Shown here piece after piece: positions 62,334 through 64,000 of a DNA stretch of 64,000 nt. The first letter of the stretch is position 1; each line of letters opens with the position of its first letter. A model generated the notes under the pieces. The model had not been told where the DNA came from. It worked only from the letters and a program-made list of their open reading frames with translations, and did no database searches. Location of the stretch: NCBI GenBank assembly GCA_044236545.1, contig JBIIGI010000002.1, positions 134 through 64,133 on the forward strand, written 5' to 3'. This DNA is from Chthoniobacterales bacterium. Lineage in GTDB: Bacteria; Verrucomicrobiota; Verrucomicrobiia; Chthoniobacterales; UBA6821. The position numbers and the translations under genes are program-made.

Positions 62334-63557
62334 ATGTCATTTCAGGATCTAGGACTAGAGGAAGCCGTTGTCCACGGCGCGCAGAGGATGGGTTATGTGG
62401 AGCCGTCGCCGATTCAGGCGCAGGCGATTCCCATTGCCATGAATGGGGGGGATCTCATCGCCTCCGCCCAGACCGGCACGGGAAAGACCGCCGCCTTCGG
62501 CCTTCCGATCCTCAGCCGCCTCAAGAGAGCCAATGGCAAGACCCGCTGCCTCATCCTGGAGCCGACCCGTGAACTGGCGCTCCAAGTGGAGGAGGCTTTC
62601 AAGGAGTTTTCCGCATTCACCGACCTGAACACCGTCGTCATCTTCGGCGGAGTCGGTTATGGCGCCCAGCGCGAGGCCCTTGCCAAGGGAGCCGACATCA
62701 TCGTCGCCACGCCGGGGCGCCTGCTCGATTTCATGCAGCAGGGCGAGATCAGCTTCGCCGACCTCGAGATTCTTGTCCTCGACGAGGTCGACCGGATGCT
62801 CGACATGGGATTCCTTCCCGATGTCCGCCGCATCGTGGAGAAGTGCCCCAAGGAGAGGCAGACCCTCTTCTTCTCGGCAACCATTCCCGAGGAGATCGAG
62901 CGCCTCTCCTCCTGGTGCCTGCGCAACCCCGGAAAGATCTCCATCGGTGCCCGTCGTTCGGCCGCCGAGACGGTGAAGCACGCGTTCTATCCCGTGGCTG
63001 TGGCCCAGAAGTTCGACCTGCTCAAGGCGATGCTCGACCGCACCGAATATCACAGCGTCATCATCTTCTGCCGGACCAAGGACGGTGCCGACCGCATCGC
63101 GCGCCAACTTGAGAACGAAAAGCACAAGGTGGCCGTGATGCATTCCAACCGCTCCCAGCAGGAACGTGTCGATGCGCTCGAAGGATTCAAGACGGGGCGC
63201 TACGAGGTGATGATCGCCACCGACATCGCCGCCCGCGGCATCGATATCGCCGGCGTCAGCCATGTCATCAACTACGACGTGCCCCAGCATCCGGAGGATT
63301 ACGTCCACCGCATCGGCCGTACCGGTAGGGCGCAGAGTGAGGGGGATGCCTTCACGATCATGACCGCCGAGGAACTTCCCCATGTGAAGGCCATCGAGTC
63401 CTTCATCGCCCAGAAGGTTCCCCGTGAAAAGCTGGAGAACTTTCCTTACCTCTTCACCATGCTGTTCCAGGAGGATGAGGCCGCCAAGGTCCTCAAGAAT
63501 CTCCGCGGTGCCCGCACGCTCAAGGGCTATAGCTACGGCGCGCGCAGGAAAAGATAG
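62334..63557 (+). CDS. DEAD-box ATP-dependent RNA helicase
   Basis: Q-motif PSPIQ, AQTGTGKTAAF, PTRELA, VLDEVDRM (DEVD variant of DEAD), SAT, ARGIDI and HRIGRTGR. Confidence 0.9.
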   Translation: MSFQDLGLEEAVVHGAQRMGYVEPSPIQAQAIPIAMNGGDLIASAQTGTGKTAAFGLPILSRLKRANGKTRCLILEPTRELALQVEEAFKEFSAFTDLNTVVIFGGVGYGAQREALAKGADIIVATPGRLLDFMQQGEISFADLEILVLDEVDRMLDMGFLPDVRRIVEKCPKERQTLFFSATIPEEIERLSSWCLRNPGKISIGARRSAAETVKHAFYPVAVAQKFDLLKAMLDRTEYHSVIIFCRTKDGADRIARQLENEKHKVAVMHSNRSQQERVDALEGFKTGRYEVMIATDIAARGIDIAGVSHVINYDVPQHPEDYVHRIGRTGRAQSEGDAFTIMTAEELPHVKAIESFIAQKVPREKLENFPYLFTMLFQEDEAAKVLKNLRGARTLKGYSYGARRKR

Positions 63558-63612
63558 GAGAGATCCGGAGGCTGCGGTAATCCCTCCCACTCCGCGATGG
63601 ATCGCTGGCTAT

Positions 63613-64000
63613 CTAAGTGAGAGGTGTTCCCCGTTGATCGTTTGGAACGAATTCCTGACCGCACACCTCAAGGATCGCCTTTTCCAGCGCCTCGATGGCA
63701 AGGTCGATCTGCTCCGTCGTGATGCAGAGGGGAGGCATGAGGACAAGGGTGTCACGGACGGGGCGGGTCAGGAGTCCGTGCTTTCTCGCCGCCTTGCAGA
63801 TCATGGCTCCGGTCTGATGTTGCCATGGGAAGGGAGTGAGTGAGCGAGGATCCTTCATGACCTCGATGCCGGCGATGAAGCCGCACTGCCGGATCCCGGC
63901 CACCCAAGGGATGGAGCGCAGGCTTTTCAGGCGGTTTTCAAGATGGGCAATCTTGGGCTGGAGTCGTTCCAGCGTTTTCTCCTCTTCAAAGAGGGAGAGG
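63613..64000 (-). CDS. Class-III aminotransferase, C-terminal part (BioA-like), 5'-truncated by window edge
   Basis: GIRQCGFIAGIEV...GLLTRPVRDTLVLMPPLCITTEQIDLAIEAL matches the adenosylmethionine-8-amino-7-oxononanoate aminotransferase C-terminus. The frame stays open to base 64000. Confidence 0.65.
   Translation of the reverse strand, partial: LSLFEEEKTLERLQPKIAHLENRLKSLRSIPWVAGIRQCGFIAGIEVMKDPRSLTPFPWQHQTGAMICKAARKHGLLTRPVRDTLVLMPPLCITTEQIDLAIEALEKAILEVCGQEFVPNDQRGTPLT

Noticed and set aside
1-64000. CRISPR arrays, rRNA operons, integrases/transposases, prophage or toxin-antitoxin modules
   Set aside because: Reading both strands, I saw no regularly spaced direct repeats, no rRNA-like conserved strings, and no recombinase, transposase, capsid or terminase-like translations. 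The only repeat-like structures are those reported at 40757-41011 and the hairpins.

Overview
High-GC (about 60% by eye) bacterial chromosomal window with no rRNA, CRISPR array, intact IS element or prophage. Domain architectures (a redoxin / CxxCH cytochrome c / Cu-monooxygenase-like fusion, many ATGA/GTGA-coupled genes, an rpmH-rnpA-yidD-yidC-jag block) suggest a PVC-superphylum, Verrucomicrobiota-like organism, but that is a low-confidence inference. Both flanks are housekeeping. The left flank carries rnd, nadC, birA, tsaD, pyk and ribE. The right flank carries ubiE, two PPIases, trpC, ruvB, ffh, rpsP, yidC/yidD/rnpA/rpmH, a DEAD-box helicase, bioA-like, tRNA-Val(GAC) and tRNA-Leu(CAG). 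The centre (about 8.5-37.2 kb) is an unusually dense set of membrane-lipid synthesis, tailoring and export genes in four tightly coupled transcription units. (i) Plus strand: DevC/DevA/DevB-like exporter, acyltransferase-3 with an inserted ankyrin module, GT1 glycosyltransferase. (ii) Minus strand: GT28-like, acyl-lipid desaturase, PlsC acyltransferase, cytochrome P450, a 572-aa unknown with a cNMP-binding-like domain, HKD phospholipase D, MFS. (iii) Minus strand: YHS, DoxX, DinB, DedA::ATP-grasp fusion, NRDE, desaturase paralogue (frameshifted), redoxin/cyt c/Cu-monooxygenase-like, ABC-2 transporter, HAD-IB. (iv) Plus strand: OlsB/GlsB-like, OlsA-like, cupin, ChrA. I cannot match units (ii) and (iii) to any characterised pathway, and they are my best candidates for an undescribed lipid-modification system. 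Second copies of the desaturase and the PlsC gene are both disrupted: a 1-nt indel in an A5 run, and an in-frame TGA directly followed by ATG. Other oddities are an inverted pair of GTTNAA hexamer arrays in a low-GC 490-bp gap, a coupled DUF3050-DUF2256-photolyase trio, and an AT-hook/H1-like basic protein. All calls come from reading the translations and recognising motifs. No database search or alignment was run.
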